A stretch of 64,000 bases of DNA from Methanobrevibacter sp. (GCF_045611865.1 NZ_JAZKXX010000035.1:26939-90938); one strand, 5' to 3'; positions 19,890 to 31,088 are shown, counted from the stretch's first letter. Translations and numbers: made by a program. Notes: generated by a model not told the origin, from the letters alone.

Positions 19890-22148
19890 TTAATCAACAT
19901 CTTTTAGGGCTTCAACCATATTTAAATCATTGATTTTATCTGAAAACAATAAATTAACACCAATTGATATTGTAAATGTTATAACAGCCACCAATAATAT
20001 ATTTCCCCAAGTTAGTGATGGAATATAATAAAGTGAATCCCCCGCAGCATTCATCATTAATGTCATAAAGTAAAATCCTAGCGGAATTCCCAAAATAAAA
20101 CCAATAGCTGTGAAGATTATATTTTGTGTTAACAATAACTTCCTTAAAACATTGGTCTTAAAACCTAAAACCTTTAAAGTAGCAATTTCTCTTTCCATTT
20201 CTGTAAATGATAGAATACCTAGATTATATAAAACTAAAATAGCCAATGCAACTGCCACAAAAGTAACGACATAAACCATCATCATTACTGATTGAGTTAT
20301 GGAATCCCAACTTTCTTTCATTTCATCAATAGTTGAAACAGATTTAATGGAATCAAAGTTCTCACCGAACTTTTCTTTAGTTAAAATGTTAGATGGTGTA
20401 AAATCTAAACCTTGATCTTCTAGGGTATCTGGAGACATTATTAAACCTTGTGAAATTGGTTCTGCATGGATTTGACCAATTTTTGATACAACCCAATTAT
20501 CACTTCCAACTATATGCCACTTGATTTCATCTCCAATGCCCAATTTAAACCTATCAGCAAGTTTAACCGAAATAGAAACATCCCCTTCATCAATTTCAAT
20601 TGGATTTTTATTACTGTCAGTATATGATATTAAATCCGTGTTATTTGACACCAAAAGCGATGCCCTATCCTCTATATCATTTGCTTTAAGCTCAATTAAT
20701 TGCTGCATGATAAAACTACCATCAGTCTCATTCAAGATATAGTAGACTTCCAATGGATTTGCTTCATTTGAAAGTAACAGTTTTGATTCAAAATGACTAA
20801 TGTCATCATATTCCCATGTCTTTAAATCATTCATACTATCATTCATACCAAATGCTGCAATTAAAAGTGCAACACAACCCATTACTCCAACTATTGTCAT
20901 TAATGCTCTAAATTTATTTCTTCTTGCATCACGCCAATTCCAACGAAGATTGAAACTTAAATGCCTCCAAAATCCTGATTTTTCAATTAAACTGCTTGAT
21001 GAAACATTCGGAGCTTTTGGCCTTAAAGTATTTGCAGGATTTTCTTTTGAAATCCGCCTACATGACAAGTAAGTGACTAAAACAGATGATGTAACCATCA
21101 AAAGAGCCATGTAAATGAAACTCATATCAAAACCCGGATTCCAACTTGGCATACTATAGGTTGCAGTCATTGTTGGATAAAACATTCTAGGAATTATCAT
21201 TGGTCCTGTGATTAGGCCTAAAATGGCCCCTGCTAAAACTGGCCAAAATCCATAAGACAAATAATGCAATATTATCGTTTTATCTTTATAACCAACAGCC
21301 TTTAAAATTCCAATTTGGGTTCTTTGGTGTGTAATAATCCTAGTCATGGTTGTTAAAAGTGTTAAAAATGTAACTAAAATAAATACAATCGGAAATACAT
21401 CCCCAATCATTTTATGCTGACCCATTTCATCTGAAAATTTAGAAACACTGATTTGATCATCTTTTTTAGTAAATGACAAATAATCAATCGAATCATCTAA
21501 TTTATCTTTAAAATCACTACTGGAATCATTATATTTGACAAGTAAGGTATTGTAATCCAAATCTCCAGGATATGCCTTATATGATAAATATGCAAAACCA
21601 ATTTGTGAAAAATCAGGAGTTAACGAAGATGGAGATGATTCATAAATGTATTCCGGAGAATAACCCAACCCCTTAATCTTTTTTGTAATGGTCAAATTAT
21701 CAAATTCAAAAGTTATCTTATCTCCAACCTCCAAATCACGAGCATCAGCAAAACGTTCATCCAACCAGACCCCAGACGCATCCGAGGGGTCAAAATCCTC
21801 ACCCTCAGTTGAATAGAATTTGGATATCGTTCCTTTTTCAACAAAGTGCAGCGTGATGTCAGGCTTGTCCTGCATATCTGAAACAGACTGAACTACAGCT
21901 TGCCTATCAGTTTGTGTAGAAAATTGGCTTATTTTATCGACTGATGAATCATCAAAATCAGTATTGTAAATCCAACCATCAGCCATGTTAGTTTGTGTGT
22001 AATAATCATCGGAAGTCTGAACTAATCCATAATACTCCCCATAAATTCCACAGTAAGCAAAAATACCCAAAAATGCCATTAGAAATATAGCAATAAACTG
22101 TGTTTTATTGATTTTTATATCCCTCAGCATTTTTTTAGATAATGACAT
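19890..22148 (-). CDS. FtsX-like ABC transporter permease, double-FtsX (MacB/YxdM-type) architecture
   Basis: 752 aa. N-terminal TM, a large extracytoplasmic domain and a 3-TM FtsX block, repeated twice. No ATPase gene adjacent. Confidence 0.75.
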   Translation of the reverse strand: MSLSKKMLRDIKINKTQFIAIFLMAFLGIFAYCGIYGEYYGLVQTSDDYYTQTNMADGWIYNTDFDDSSVDKISQFSTQTDRQAVVQSVSDMQDKPDITLHFVEKGTISKFYSTEGEDFDPSDASGVWLDERFADARDLEVGDKITFEFDNLTITKKIKGLGYSPEYIYESSPSSLTPDFSQIGFAYLSYKAYPGDLDYNTLLVKYNDSSSDFKDKLDDSIDYLSFTKKDDQISVSKFSDEMGQHKMIGDVFPIVFILVTFLTLLTTMTRIITHQRTQIGILKAVGYKDKTIILHYLSYGFWPVLAGAILGLITGPMIIPRMFYPTMTATYSMPSWNPGFDMSFIYMALLMVTSSVLVTYLSCRRISKENPANTLRPKAPNVSSSSLIEKSGFWRHLSFNLRWNWRDARRNKFRALMTIVGVMGCVALLIAAFGMNDSMNDLKTWEYDDISHFESKLLLSNEANPLEVYYILNETDGSFIMQQLIELKANDIEDRASLLVSNNTDLISYTDSNKNPIEIDEGDVSISVKLADRFKLGIGDEIKWHIVGSDNWVVSKIGQIHAEPISQGLIMSPDTLEDQGLDFTPSNILTKEKFGENFDSIKSVSTIDEMKESWDSITQSVMMMVYVVTFVAVALAILVLYNLGILSFTEMEREIATLKVLGFKTNVLRKLLLTQNIIFTAIGFILGIPLGFYFMTLMMNAAGDSLYYIPSLTWGNILLVAVITFTISIGVNLLFSDKINDLNMVEALKDVD

Positions 22149-22319
22149 AGTATAATATTAGGAAAATGAAATATAAAAAACTCACTAAACTGATTAGATA
22201 TATCTGATTGACATTTCTATTTTAATCAAAAATCCAACAGACTCCATTACCATTAGAAAATAATTTAAATAAATACTAAACATATATTATAATAACTATT
22301 AACTTTCAGAGGTTCAAAC

Positions 22320-22610
22320 ATGGAAAAAATGGAAATTGAATTAACAGAGGAACAATTGAAAAAGGTTGAAATTTTAAAATCTGAAAACATAAGTATCGGA
22401 GATGCAATTGACCTTCTTTTTGAAGTTAAAGAAGAAATTTCAAACCAAATCGAAGATAAAGATTTGATTGAAAAAATGAATGAAGCTGGTTTTGATTTAA
22501 GTAACAAAACAGAAAACTTGAAGAAAAATTTCGGTGATGCAGAAACCTACGACAGAACCGCCCACGATGCCAAACATGGACTAAAATGGTCCAAATTTTT
22601 CAAATTCTAA
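22320..22610 (+). CDS. Small acidic hypothetical protein
   Basis: 96 aa, charged and helical-looking. Preferred over the antisense low-complexity ORF 22265-22507. Followed by a hairpin. Confidence 0.5.
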   Translation: MEKMEIELTEEQLKKVEILKSENISIGDAIDLLFEVKEEISNQIEDKDLIEKMNEAGFDLSNKTENLKKNFGDAETYDRTAHDAKHGLKWSKFFKF

Positions 22611-22619
22611 AATTTTACT

Positions 22620-22641
22620 AAAGTGATTTAATTATCACTTT
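22620..22641 (+). terminator. Hairpin plus T-rich tract after the small ORF
   Basis: AAAGTGAT-TTAATT-ATCACTTT (8-bp stem) begins 10 nt after the stop codon and is followed by TATTATTT. Confidence 0.4.
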
Positions 22642-22788
22642 ATTATTTAAACCAATACTTTTTTTAAATCAACCCATTAAAATAAGTTAATTTTAATAAT
22701 TAAAATAATATCGCCCTCATCAAACAATACATATAAAACATTTCAAAACAAAAATTATATTATAATAAATTCTACAGGAAAAATGTAA

Positions 22789-23526
22789 ATGTCATTTAAA
22801 AAAGATGAAATGTTAATAATGCCCGCTGTTGACATTAAGAATGGAAAATGTGTGCAACTTGTCCAAGGAGAACCAGGAAGCGAAATGGTTGAAATAGAAA
22901 ATCCTGAGCTTGTTGCAAAACACTGGGAGGATTTAGGAGCAAAGAACATCCATGTTATTGATCTTGATGGAACAATAAATGGAGTTGCTAGCTTTGATAT
23001 TATTAAAAAAATTTTAAATGAAGTTTCTGTTCCAATTCAACTTGGTGGTGGAATCAGAAGTGTCGAATATGCAAAACAGCTTCTAGATTTAGACATTAAA
23101 AGAATAATTATTGGAACTATGGGAATACAGCACCCAGAGACCATTACACAACTTTCAGATGAATATGGTTCAGACAGAATCATGATTTCACTCGACAGTA
23201 AATACAATAAAGTCGTGATTAAAGGCTGGCAGGAAAAAATAGATAAAAGCCCAGTAGAACTTTCAAAAGAGTTTAAAGAACATGGTGCAGGAAGCATTTT
23301 ATTTACAAATGTTGATGTGGAAGGTCTTTTAGGTGGTTTTTACACTGAACCTGTAGAAGAGTTAAAAAAATCTGTTGACATTCCAATAGTCTATTCTGGC
23401 GGAATTACAACAATTGATGACATTGTAAAATTAAACAAAAGTGGTGTGGAAGGAGTTGTAATTGGTTCTGCACTATATAAAGATAAAATTGATTTAACTG
23501 AAGCTTTAAAATACCAAAAGAGGTAA
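22789..23526 (+). CDS. hisA: ProFAR isomerase HisA
   Basis: MPAVDIKNGKCVQLVQG, IHVIDLDG, QLGGGIRS and SGGITTIDD motifs. The true start may be an internal Met (22810 or 22819). Confidence 0.85.
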   Translation: MSFKKDEMLIMPAVDIKNGKCVQLVQGEPGSEMVEIENPELVAKHWEDLGAKNIHVIDLDGTINGVASFDIIKKILNEVSVPIQLGGGIRSVEYAKQLLDLDIKRIIIGTMGIQHPETITQLSDEYGSDRIMISLDSKYNKVVIKGWQEKIDKSPVELSKEFKEHGAGSILFTNVDVEGLLGGFYTEPVEELKKSVDIPIVYSGGITTIDDIVKLNKSGVEGVVIGSALYKDKIDLTEALKYQKR

Positions 23527-23530
23527 TTGA

Positions 23531-23995
23531 ATGAAAAAAATAATGGCAAGCGGAACATTTGATTTATTACATCCAGGTCATGGAGTTTACCTTCAGGAAG
23601 CAAAAAACCTTGGTGGATATAATTCTAAACTATATGTGGTTGTAGCACGTGACTCAACAGTTGAAAAAAGGAAAAGAGTGCCAATTGTCGGTGAAAACCA
23701 ACGTTTAGAATTAATCAAGATGTTAAAACCCGTTGATGAAGCTTATCTTGGTAACGAAGATGGGGACATATTTAAAATTGTAAAAGAAATTGACCCCGAT
23801 ATTATAGCTATTGGACCTGATCAAACCCACAATGTTGAAAAACTACAAAAGGCCGTTGATAAGAGAGGTTTAAAAGCACGTGTACAACGTGTTAAGGTTT
23901 ATCATAAAGATGAACTTGACAGCAGCTGTAAAATTATTAAAAAGATTAAAAATACTGACTTTGAAGGAAAAATATTAGATAACTGTGAAGATTAA
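23531..23995 (+). CDS. ribL: FAD synthase, archaeal cytidylyltransferase-type (RibL)
   Basis: 154 aa. [20 protein letters not shown] nucleotidyltransferase motif. Size and sequence resemble MJ1179-type RibL. Confidence 0.75.
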   Translation: MKKIMASGTFDLLHPGHGVYLQEAKNLGGYNSKLYVVVARDSTVEKRKRVPIVGENQRLELIKMLKPVDEAYLGNEDGDIFKIVKEIDPDIIAIGPDQTHNVEKLQKAVDKRGLKARVQRVKVYHKDELDSSCKIIKKIKNTDFEGKILDNCED

Positions 23996-24008
23996 GGAGA
24001 TTATTAAA

Positions 24009-25031
24009 ATGTTTAATGTAGCAATTATAGGAGCAAGCGGATATACTGGTGGAGAGCTTTTGAGAATGCTTTTAAACCATCCAAAAGTAGAAATTACCGA
24101 CATTACATCAAGACAATACGATGGAATCCCAGCACACAAAATCCATCCACACATAAGAGATTCTGGACTTGTCTTTAAAAACAAAAGTCCTGCTGATTTA
24201 GATGCAGATGTCGTATTTACTGCAACCCCACACGGAGCATCAATGAAAATCGTTCCAGAAATATTGGATACTGGTGCTAAAGTAGTTGATTTAAGTGGAG
24301 ATTACAGATACAGAGATACAGCGGTTTATGAAAAATGGTATGGAATGGAACATACTGATAAAGAAAATAAAGGAGCATTTGGACTTCCTGAATTATACAG
24401 AGATGAGATTAAAAAAGCAAATCTTGTTGCAAATCCTGGATGTTTCCCAACAGGTGCAATCCTATCATCATACCCACTAGTTAAAAATGATTTGGTTGAC
24501 AGAATTATCATTGATTCGAAAACTGGAGTTAGTGGAGCCGGTGTGAATCCATCAACTACCACACATTACCCTAATATTGCAGACAATGTAAATCCATATA
24601 AAATATCATCACACAGACATATGTCTGAGATTCAACAAGAGTTAAAAGGATTTGAAGGTGTTAAAGTATCATTTACACCCCATTTAGTTCCAGTCAACAG
24701 AGGAATTCAAACTACAAGTCATAGCTTTTTAAATGATGAAAACCTAGATATAACTCCAGACGAAATTAGAAAATTATACGAAAAAGAATATGGTGGAGAA
24801 TACTTTATCAAACTTATGGATGAAGGAGAAATACCTCACTTAAGTGCTGTTAGAGGGTCCAACTTTGTACATATTGGTGGATTTGAAATTGACGAAACTG
24901 GAAGACTTGTAATGCTTTCAGCAATTGATAACCTTGTTAAAGGTGCATCAGGTCAAGCTATCCAAAATACGAACATATTGCTTGGATTAGATGAGAGCAC
25001 TGGATTAACACACTTCGGTCTTCATCCTTAA
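24009..25031 (+). CDS. argC: N-acetyl-gamma-glutamyl-phosphate reductase (ArgC/LysY family)
   Basis: [25 protein letters not shown] active-site Cys, and [17 protein letters not shown] at 24009 follows an AAGGAGA RBS; the track start is an upstream GTG. Confidence 0.85.
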   Translation: MFNVAIIGASGYTGGELLRMLLNHPKVEITDITSRQYDGIPAHKIHPHIRDSGLVFKNKSPADLDADVVFTATPHGASMKIVPEILDTGAKVVDLSGDYRYRDTAVYEKWYGMEHTDKENKGAFGLPELYRDEIKKANLVANPGCFPTGAILSSYPLVKNDLVDRIIIDSKTGVSGAGVNPSTTTHYPNIADNVNPYKISSHRHMSEIQQELKGFEGVKVSFTPHLVPVNRGIQTTSHSFLNDENLDITPDEIRKLYEKEYGGEYFIKLMDEGEIPHLSAVRGSNFVHIGGFEIDETGRLVMLSAIDNLVKGASGQAIQNTNILLGLDESTGLTHFGLHP

Positions 25032-25052
25032 CATCAAAGAGGAGATTATAAA

Positions 25053-25541
25053 ATGAAAAGAATAATAGTTTATTATTCTCAAGGGGGAAAAACAGATTTA
25101 GTTGCTAAAACATTGGCTAAAAACTTAAATGCAGATTTAGTTAGAATTCATGATTTAAAAAATCGTGAAGGATTTAAAAATAAAATATTGTCCTCAATCA
25201 ATGCATTTAGAGAAGTTAAAACCGATATTGTTCCTGCAAGAGTAGATTTGAGTGCGTATGATACAGTTTACTTTGGAACACCAACCTGGGCGGGAAATCC
25301 AACACCTGCAATTTTAACTATAATTGACAGGTGTGATTTGAGAGCTAAAGATGTTGTTTTATTTGCTACAATGGATGCGAAAAATGGTGAAAGCAATATT
25401 GAAAGGCTTGAAGAAAAAGTTAAAATTCGTGGAGCTAGAATTGTGGAAAGTTTTACAATCACCACTAAGGATAAAAGCCCTGAAAAATTAGTTAGTGATA
25501 CAGAGGCAATTATTGATACAAAAGTTTTGAAAATGTACTAA
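25053..25541 (+). CDS. Flavodoxin-like protein
   Basis: 162 aa. IIVYYSQGGKTDLVAK FMN-phosphate loop-like N-terminus. RBS GAGGAG upstream. Confidence 0.65.
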   Translation: MKRIIVYYSQGGKTDLVAKTLAKNLNADLVRIHDLKNREGFKNKILSSINAFREVKTDIVPARVDLSAYDTVYFGTPTWAGNPTPAILTIIDRCDLRAKDVVLFATMDAKNGESNIERLEEKVKIRGARIVESFTITTKDKSPEKLVSDTEAIIDTKVLKMY

Positions 25542-25553
25542 CAGGTAGATTAA

Positions 25554-26033
25554 ATGGCTAAAGACAAAAAATATGAACTCAAAATTAAAGCAATTGAAAA
25601 CGGTACAGTAATAGACCATATTACTGCAAACAAAGCACTGCATATCTTAAAGATTTTAGATCTTCCAGATGATGAAACCAAAAATGTTACCGTTGCTATG
25701 AACGTTTCATCTAGCGAAATTGGCAGGAAAGACATAGTGAAAATTGAAAATAGGGAATTGGACCATAAAGAGCTTAATCAAGTTGCATTAATTGCTCCGA
25801 AAGCTACAATTAATATTATTAGGAACTTTGAACCTATTAAAAAAGACAAAATTATTCTCCCCGATAAAATCACATCAATTATCAAGTGCACTAATCCAAA
25901 ATGTATTACAAATTATGAAAGTGAACCTATCACACCCACTTTTAATGTGATTAACAAATACCCCCCAGTAGTTAGGTGCCACTACTGTGAAAAATTAATA
26001 AAAACAGAAGATATCGATGAACAATTCGAATAA
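25554..26033 (+). CDS. pyrI: Aspartate carbamoyltransferase regulatory chain PyrI
   Basis: [15 protein letters not shown], and a C-terminal zinc domain CTNPKC...CHYC. Confidence 0.85.
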   Translation: MAKDKKYELKIKAIENGTVIDHITANKALHILKILDLPDDETKNVTVAMNVSSSEIGRKDIVKIENRELDHKELNQVALIAPKATINIIRNFEPIKKDKIILPDKITSIIKCTNPKCITNYESEPITPTFNVINKYPPVVRCHYCEKLIKTEDIDEQFE

Positions 26034-26037
26034 TCTT

Positions 26038-27246
26038 CTATTTATTTATCAAATAATCTGCTAATCTTTTTGCTAATGCAAGTATTGTTAATATTGGTGG
26101 TTTTCCAGGAGATATTGGCAATACACTTGCATCACAAACATACAGATTAGATATTTCTGTTTGTAAATTAGAATCAACTATTTTTCCAATTGGAGCTGTT
26201 CCACCAGGATGTGCTCCCCTATAAACTGTTGAACCGATTGTTGTTGGGTCAACACCTGCTTTTTCAAGAATAAAACCTGCAGTAGCAGTCCCTTCAGCCA
26301 AATATCTGATGTCATTTATCGTATTTATCTTAACAACATCCCCATTATCATCAACATAACCTTTACATTCATCAGCTGTTTTAACCATGATAGATAAAAT
26401 ATCACTATCAGTTACTCCACCATAAGGAATATTTGCTTTAATGAATGATGAAAAATGAGGAGATAATACAAAGTTTTTACCTATCACCAAACCAGCCATT
26501 TGAACTTCTGTGTTGAAATTAATGTCTTTTATATAACCTCCAACACTTACAAACGGATCAAAGAATATTTCACGACCGGCTTCACTAATTCCAGACTTTC
26601 TTAAAATCAATGTTGAACCGATTGCACCAGCTGATAAAATTACTAAATCATCCTCAATTATTTCTTCTTTATCCTCCTTGATGAGTTTTACACCACAAAC
26701 TTTGCCGTTTTCTTTTAAAACTTCTGTCACTTCTGCTTCACAGATTAATGTTGCCCCATTTTCAACTGCTTCATCGACAAAGTCCTTACCAGACCATTTT
26801 GCATCTGCAGGACATCCAAATGCACACATCCCGCATTGAATACACTCTTTTTCTAGGATTGCCTTTGGCATTTTTAAAGTTTCAAGGCCAAGTTCATGAC
26901 CTGCATCCAAAAATAATTGAGTTCCCTTACCGATATGTGAATCATCCAATTGGTGAACGCCAACCAGTTTTTCAACATATTCATAGGCTTCAGTTAAGTC
27001 AACATCATAATCATGTAATTCACTATCTAGTGCCCTCACCATATTTGACATGGACACCAATGTTGCACCACCAATACAGGTGGTTGTAAGTAAATCGACA
27101 TCTTCAGAGTATTTATCATAATAGTTAAATGCATCTTTTGATTTTATATATGGTCCTTTTTCAATAATGATTATGGGAATATTTTCCTTTGCAAGTTCAC
27201 GAGCCAATATCCCTCCACCAGCACCAGTTCCAACAATAACAACCAT
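26038..27246 (-). CDS. FAD-dependent GMC-like oxidoreductase with an embedded 4Fe-4S ferredoxin motif
   Basis: N-terminal VIVGTGAGGGILAREL dinucleotide fold, an internal CIQCGMCAFGCP (CxxCxxCxxxCP), and a GMC-like C-terminus (YVCDASVLP). Confidence 0.65.
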   Translation of the reverse strand: MVVIVGTGAGGGILARELAKENIPIIIIEKGPYIKSKDAFNYYDKYSEDVDLLTTTCIGGATLVSMSNMVRALDSELHDYDVDLTEAYEYVEKLVGVHQLDDSHIGKGTQLFLDAGHELGLETLKMPKAILEKECIQCGMCAFGCPADAKWSGKDFVDEAVENGATLICEAEVTEVLKENGKVCGVKLIKEDKEEIIEDDLVILSAGAIGSTLILRKSGISEAGREIFFDPFVSVGGYIKDINFNTEVQMAGLVIGKNFVLSPHFSSFIKANIPYGGVTDSDILSIMVKTADECKGYVDDNGDVVKINTINDIRYLAEGTATAGFILEKAGVDPTTIGSTVYRGAHPGGTAPIGKIVDSNLQTEISNLYVCDASVLPISPGKPPILTILALAKRLADYLINK

Positions 27247-27348
27247 TTCATCACCAAATTTTTAATTAATATGTCAATTGTTATATTGCCATTACTACTA
27301 TAAAAAAACTTTTATTTAATATGTTTCATAAAAGTAATATTAATATTA

Positions 27349-28737
27349 ATGTTTTTGAGTGATACAATGGAAGAATATATTGACTTATTCGATAAAGTTA
27401 TTGCAAAAACCAGCCAAAATGTAGATTACATCGACATCAGATATGGAAGAGGAGAAAACACTTCCATATTAATGAAAGATGGAAATGTCGATGAGATTAA
27501 CACTGGAATGAGCTTAGGAGCAAGAATAAGAGTGTTAAATAATGGAGCTTGGGGTTTTGCATATACAACAGACTTATCTAAAATTAATGAAATTACTGAA
27601 ACAGCTATCAAATTATCAAATTCACTAAAAGGAGACGTAACTTTAAGTGAAAGTGATATTATCAAAGATAAAATTGCAGTTGACGTGAAAATACAATTTA
27701 AAGATGTGTCAATTGAAGAAAAAAAAGACATCATGAAAATTGCCAATGATGCAGCCACAATCGATAAGGTAAACAGCACAACAACCAGTTATGTTGACAG
27801 TGAAGTTGATGAATTGTTTATGAACAGTGAAGGCAGTGAAATTGAAGTAAAAACCAGCAGAGTTAGAATGGCTTTAAATGCATCTGCAACCGATGGTGAA
27901 ATAATCCAATTTGGTCATGGAAGTCTTGGAGGAGTTAAAGGATTTGAACTTATTCAAAATGCAGACATTGAAGATTTTGGAAGAAAAATAGGTGAAAAAG
28001 CTGTAAGACTGCTTGATGCAAAACCTGCCCCTTCAGGCCAATTTCCAGTAATAGCAGACCCAGAACTTACAGGAGTATTAATCCATGAAGCATTGGGCCA
28101 TGCTGTTGAAGGTGATTTGATATTACAGAACGATTCAATCCTAAAAGATAAGATTGGCACACAAATTGCATCAGAAATCGTGAATATCTTTGATGATGCA
28201 AGTCTAAGAGAAGGCTTCGGATATTATCCATATGATGTTGAAGGTGTTAAAACCAAACCAAATCAGTTAGTCAAAGACGGTAAACTAATTTCACTTTTAA
28301 ATTCCAGAGAAACAGCATCAAAATTAAATATGAAATCATCTGGAAATGCCAGATCAATAATATCTGACCAACCAATCGTCAGGATGAGCAATACTTATCT
28401 ACAACCTGGTGAGAATACATTTGAGGAATTGTTTGAGGGCATTCCTAATGGAATTTATCTTAAAGGTTCAAGAGGAGGTCAAGTTGACACTGGCAAAGGT
28501 ATTTTCCAGTTTAACGCCGCTGAAGGATACATTATTGAAAATGGTGAGATAACAACACCTGTAAGAGACGTTTCCCTTTCAGGAAATATTCTAGAAACAC
28601 TTAAAAACATTGATGCTATTGGAAATGATTTTAAATTAAGCGTTGGATTTTGTGGAAAAGACGGCCAAACTGCTCCAGTTGGTGACGGTGGACCTCACAC
28701 AAGAATTCAAAATGCATTAGTTGGAGGTATGGGATGA
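27349..28737 (+). CDS. tldD: TldD/PmbA family metalloprotease (TldD-type)
   Basis: 462 aa. [11 protein letters not shown] (HExxxH) motif and a C-terminal GxC...DG pattern of TldD. Confidence 0.8.
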   Translation: MFLSDTMEEYIDLFDKVIAKTSQNVDYIDIRYGRGENTSILMKDGNVDEINTGMSLGARIRVLNNGAWGFAYTTDLSKINEITETAIKLSNSLKGDVTLSESDIIKDKIAVDVKIQFKDVSIEEKKDIMKIANDAATIDKVNSTTTSYVDSEVDELFMNSEGSEIEVKTSRVRMALNASATDGEIIQFGHGSLGGVKGFELIQNADIEDFGRKIGEKAVRLLDAKPAPSGQFPVIADPELTGVLIHEALGHAVEGDLILQNDSILKDKIGTQIASEIVNIFDDASLREGFGYYPYDVEGVKTKPNQLVKDGKLISLLNSRETASKLNMKSSGNARSIISDQPIVRMSNTYLQPGENTFEELFEGIPNGIYLKGSRGGQVDTGKGIFQFNAAEGYIIENGEITTPVRDVSLSGNILETLKNIDAIGNDFKLSVGFCGKDGQTAPVGDGGPHTRIQNALVGGMG

Positions 28738-29294
28738 TGATAAGCGATAGAGCTGGAAATTACTTAGTCAAAATAGCTAAAGATTCTATTAAATATTATT
28801 TAGAAAATGGAAAAAAACTCGAAAAGCCTGCTGATTATCCAATCGAATTAGATGAAAATCTAGGTGTCTTTGTAACTTTAAACAAAAATTTTAGACTTAG
28901 AGGATGCATTGGATATCCAGAGCCAATTATGCCTGCAATTGATGCAACAATGGAAGCTGCTGTTTCAGCTGCCGTGAACGATCCAAGATTTCCCGAAGTC
29001 AGTATAATTGAATTTGATGATTTGGATTTTGAAGTTACTGTTTTAACCAAGCCAGAAATGATTGTGGTGGCACATCCAAATCAATACTTTGATGAAATAG
29101 AAATTGGCCGTGACGGATTAATAATCCAGAAAGGATTTGCAAAAGGACTATTGCTTCCACAAGTAGCTACAGAAAATAAATTTGATACAGAAGAATTTTT
29201 AGAACAAACATGTATGAAAGCAGGAATTAGTGCAGACAGTTGGATGGATGAAAGCTGTGACGTGTACAAATTCCAAGGACAAATTTTTAAATAG
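28734..29294 (+). CDS. AMMECR1 domain protein
   Basis: 186 aa. GVFVTLNK...[10 protein letters not shown]...DPRFP motifs. 4-nt overlap with tldD. Confidence 0.8.
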   Translation: MMISDRAGNYLVKIAKDSIKYYLENGKKLEKPADYPIELDENLGVFVTLNKNFRLRGCIGYPEPIMPAIDATMEAAVSAAVNDPRFPEVSIIEFDDLDFEVTVLTKPEMIVVAHPNQYFDEIEIGRDGLIIQKGFAKGLLLPQVATENKFDTEEFLEQTCMKAGISADSWMDESCDVYKFQGQIFK

Positions 29295-29302
29295 TGATAA
29301 CA

Positions 29303-30328
29303 ATGATGATTCCAACAATACCTACTCCCGAAGAATTGCTTGACAAGGGATTCAGCAGAGGTAAAAAACAAGCCGACTTAATAAGAAGTCAAAAAATGCC
29401 AAAACACTTGAAAGGTAAAAGAATTGAAGAAAGAAGAGTAGTTACCTCATGTCAAGTTATTAAAGATAAATTAAAATCAATCTTAGACGCAGTTCCAGAA
29501 ATTGAAAGCCTACACCCTTTTTATCAGGATTACATCGACATTACCGTTGGCGTGGATGATATGAAACAAGCATTAGGAGCACTTAACTGGGCTTATGGAA
29601 TTATAACCCAACTTGAAAAGGAATATGGTGCAAAAATTAGGAAAAATCCGTCTGAAAAAGCAACTTCAATCCAAAAACAAGCTTACGGAAGAATAGCTTC
29701 CGTTGTAAACAAAATCAAAAAGGATTTGGATTTCCTAGACTTTGCAAAACAGAACCTGAGGAATATGCCGACAATCGATTTTGATGCAAAGACAATAGTA
29801 ATTGCAGGTTTTCCAAATGTGGGAAAATCAACATTACTTCGCCAAATTTCAGGAGCAGATCCCCAAGTTGCAAACTACCCATTTACAACCAAAGGTATTC
29901 AGATAGGCCACGTCGAAAGACATTGGCAAAGCGTACAAATCATTGATACTCCAGGACTTCTAGACAGACCAGTTCTAGAGATGAATGACATTGAAATGAA
30001 TGCAATTGTAGCTTTAGAACACCTGGCAGATGCAATACTGTTTATTTTTGATGCTTCAGAAACCTGCGGATTCCACTTGGACAATCAATACAATCTATTA
30101 AAGCAAATTGAAAAGATTTTTTCTGAAATTCCAGTTTTCTATCTATTCAACAAAATGGATCTTATTGAAGATAAAGAATACCTCAACGAATATATAGATA
30201 ATCCTGAAAATTCTATTTTCATATCTGCCATTGAAGGAGAAGGTGTTGATGAAATCAATAAGGTTATTGACACAATAAATAAAATAGACAGGACTATTGA
30301 AGAAGAAGACGATGATGATTATTACTAG
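29303..30328 (+). CDS. NOG1-family GTP-binding protein
   Basis: IPTIPTPEELLDKGF N-terminus, G1 GFPNVGKST, G2 PFTT, G3 DTPG, G4 NKMD. Acidic tail. Confidence 0.85.
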   Translation: MMIPTIPTPEELLDKGFSRGKKQADLIRSQKMPKHLKGKRIEERRVVTSCQVIKDKLKSILDAVPEIESLHPFYQDYIDITVGVDDMKQALGALNWAYGIITQLEKEYGAKIRKNPSEKATSIQKQAYGRIASVVNKIKKDLDFLDFAKQNLRNMPTIDFDAKTIVIAGFPNVGKSTLLRQISGADPQVANYPFTTKGIQIGHVERHWQSVQIIDTPGLLDRPVLEMNDIEMNAIVALEHLADAILFIFDASETCGFHLDNQYNLLKQIEKIFSEIPVFYLFNKMDLIEDKEYLNEYIDNPENSIFISAIEGEGVDEINKVIDTINKIDRTIEEEDDDDYY

Positions 30329-30662
30329 ATGACTTGAATATTCAAAGCCCATCTATTTTTTATTTAATTTTTCAATTTCAACAGTCCAATCTTCAATTTT
30401 TGACTCTAAACTAAGCCAGTTAGCCTTGCTAATTCTGGACACCTACACGGATTAGATTACTGCAGTAATTGTGCAAATATACGATTAAAGTAGGATTTAA
30501 AAACACTGCATATTATGAAACCACCACTTTAACTAAAAAAATTGCTGTGATTAAATGAAGAAACTACCTTTGTTTCTTCATTACCCTATGTTTTTTATTT
30601 AAATAGCCATTACTATCTTAGACTACATTAAACTTAAATATTCATAAAAAGAATATATTACC

Positions 30663-31088
30663 ATGACTTTCATGAACAATACTGCAAACATAAAACAGTT
30701 CCAATTGATTAAATTCATAAATGAAAATTGCAATGATGACCACGTGATATCAAAAATTTCAATTGTTCTTCGCCGAGACAAAATAGAGGCACCCTATTAT
30801 ATTATTACTAAAATCAGACTATCTTCATGTATTGACAAGCCAGATAATGGAGTTATTCATGCAATGGATATTTTAAATCATGTTAGAAGACATAATTTAA
30901 CTGAAAATACCTATAATGAAATTAAATCATTAATTATGGATAGTGATTATGAACCCGAGCTGGTACAAATCTCTAAAAAGGATGATAATTTGAAAATGGT
31001 TTTAATGTCTAGAAATGATAATGAATTCATTGCCCTTTTTAAAAATTATCATGAACTGTTTGACAAAATAGATAATTTGGTTGATTAG
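30663..31088 (+). CDS. Hypothetical protein (orphan)
   Basis: 141-aa ORF with no recognisable motif. First gene of the putative accessory region. Confidence 0.5.
   Translation: MTFMNNTANIKQFQLIKFINENCNDDHVISKISIVLRRDKIEAPYYIITKIRLSSCIDKPDNGVIHAMDILNHVRRHNLTENTYNEIKSLIMDSDYEPELVQISKKDDNLKMVLMSRNDNEFIALFKNYHELFDKIDNLVD

Noticed and set aside
22265-22507. 80-aa minus-strand ORF overlapping the 22320-22610 ORF.
   Set aside because: It has S/F/I-rich low-complexity translation and no RBS. The + strand ORF has balanced charged composition, a plausible RBS and a downstream hairpin.
22149-22788. Strand-bias switch (almost all genes on the minus strand before 22.1 kb, mostly on the plus strand for the next 8 kb) as a possible replication origin.
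   Set aside because: There is no cdc6/orc1 gene. I saw no repeated ORB-like elements in the two short A/T-rich gaps. Divergent transcription alone is insufficient.
25554-26033. pyrI without an adjacent pyrB.
   Set aside because: Unlinked pyrB and pyrI genes are known in methanogens such as M. jannaschii, so this is not unusual.
27349-28737. TldD without a neighbouring PmbA partner.
   Set aside because: The partner can be encoded elsewhere. Nothing in the sequence suggests a novel arrangement beyond the tldD-AMMECR1-NOG1 overlap.
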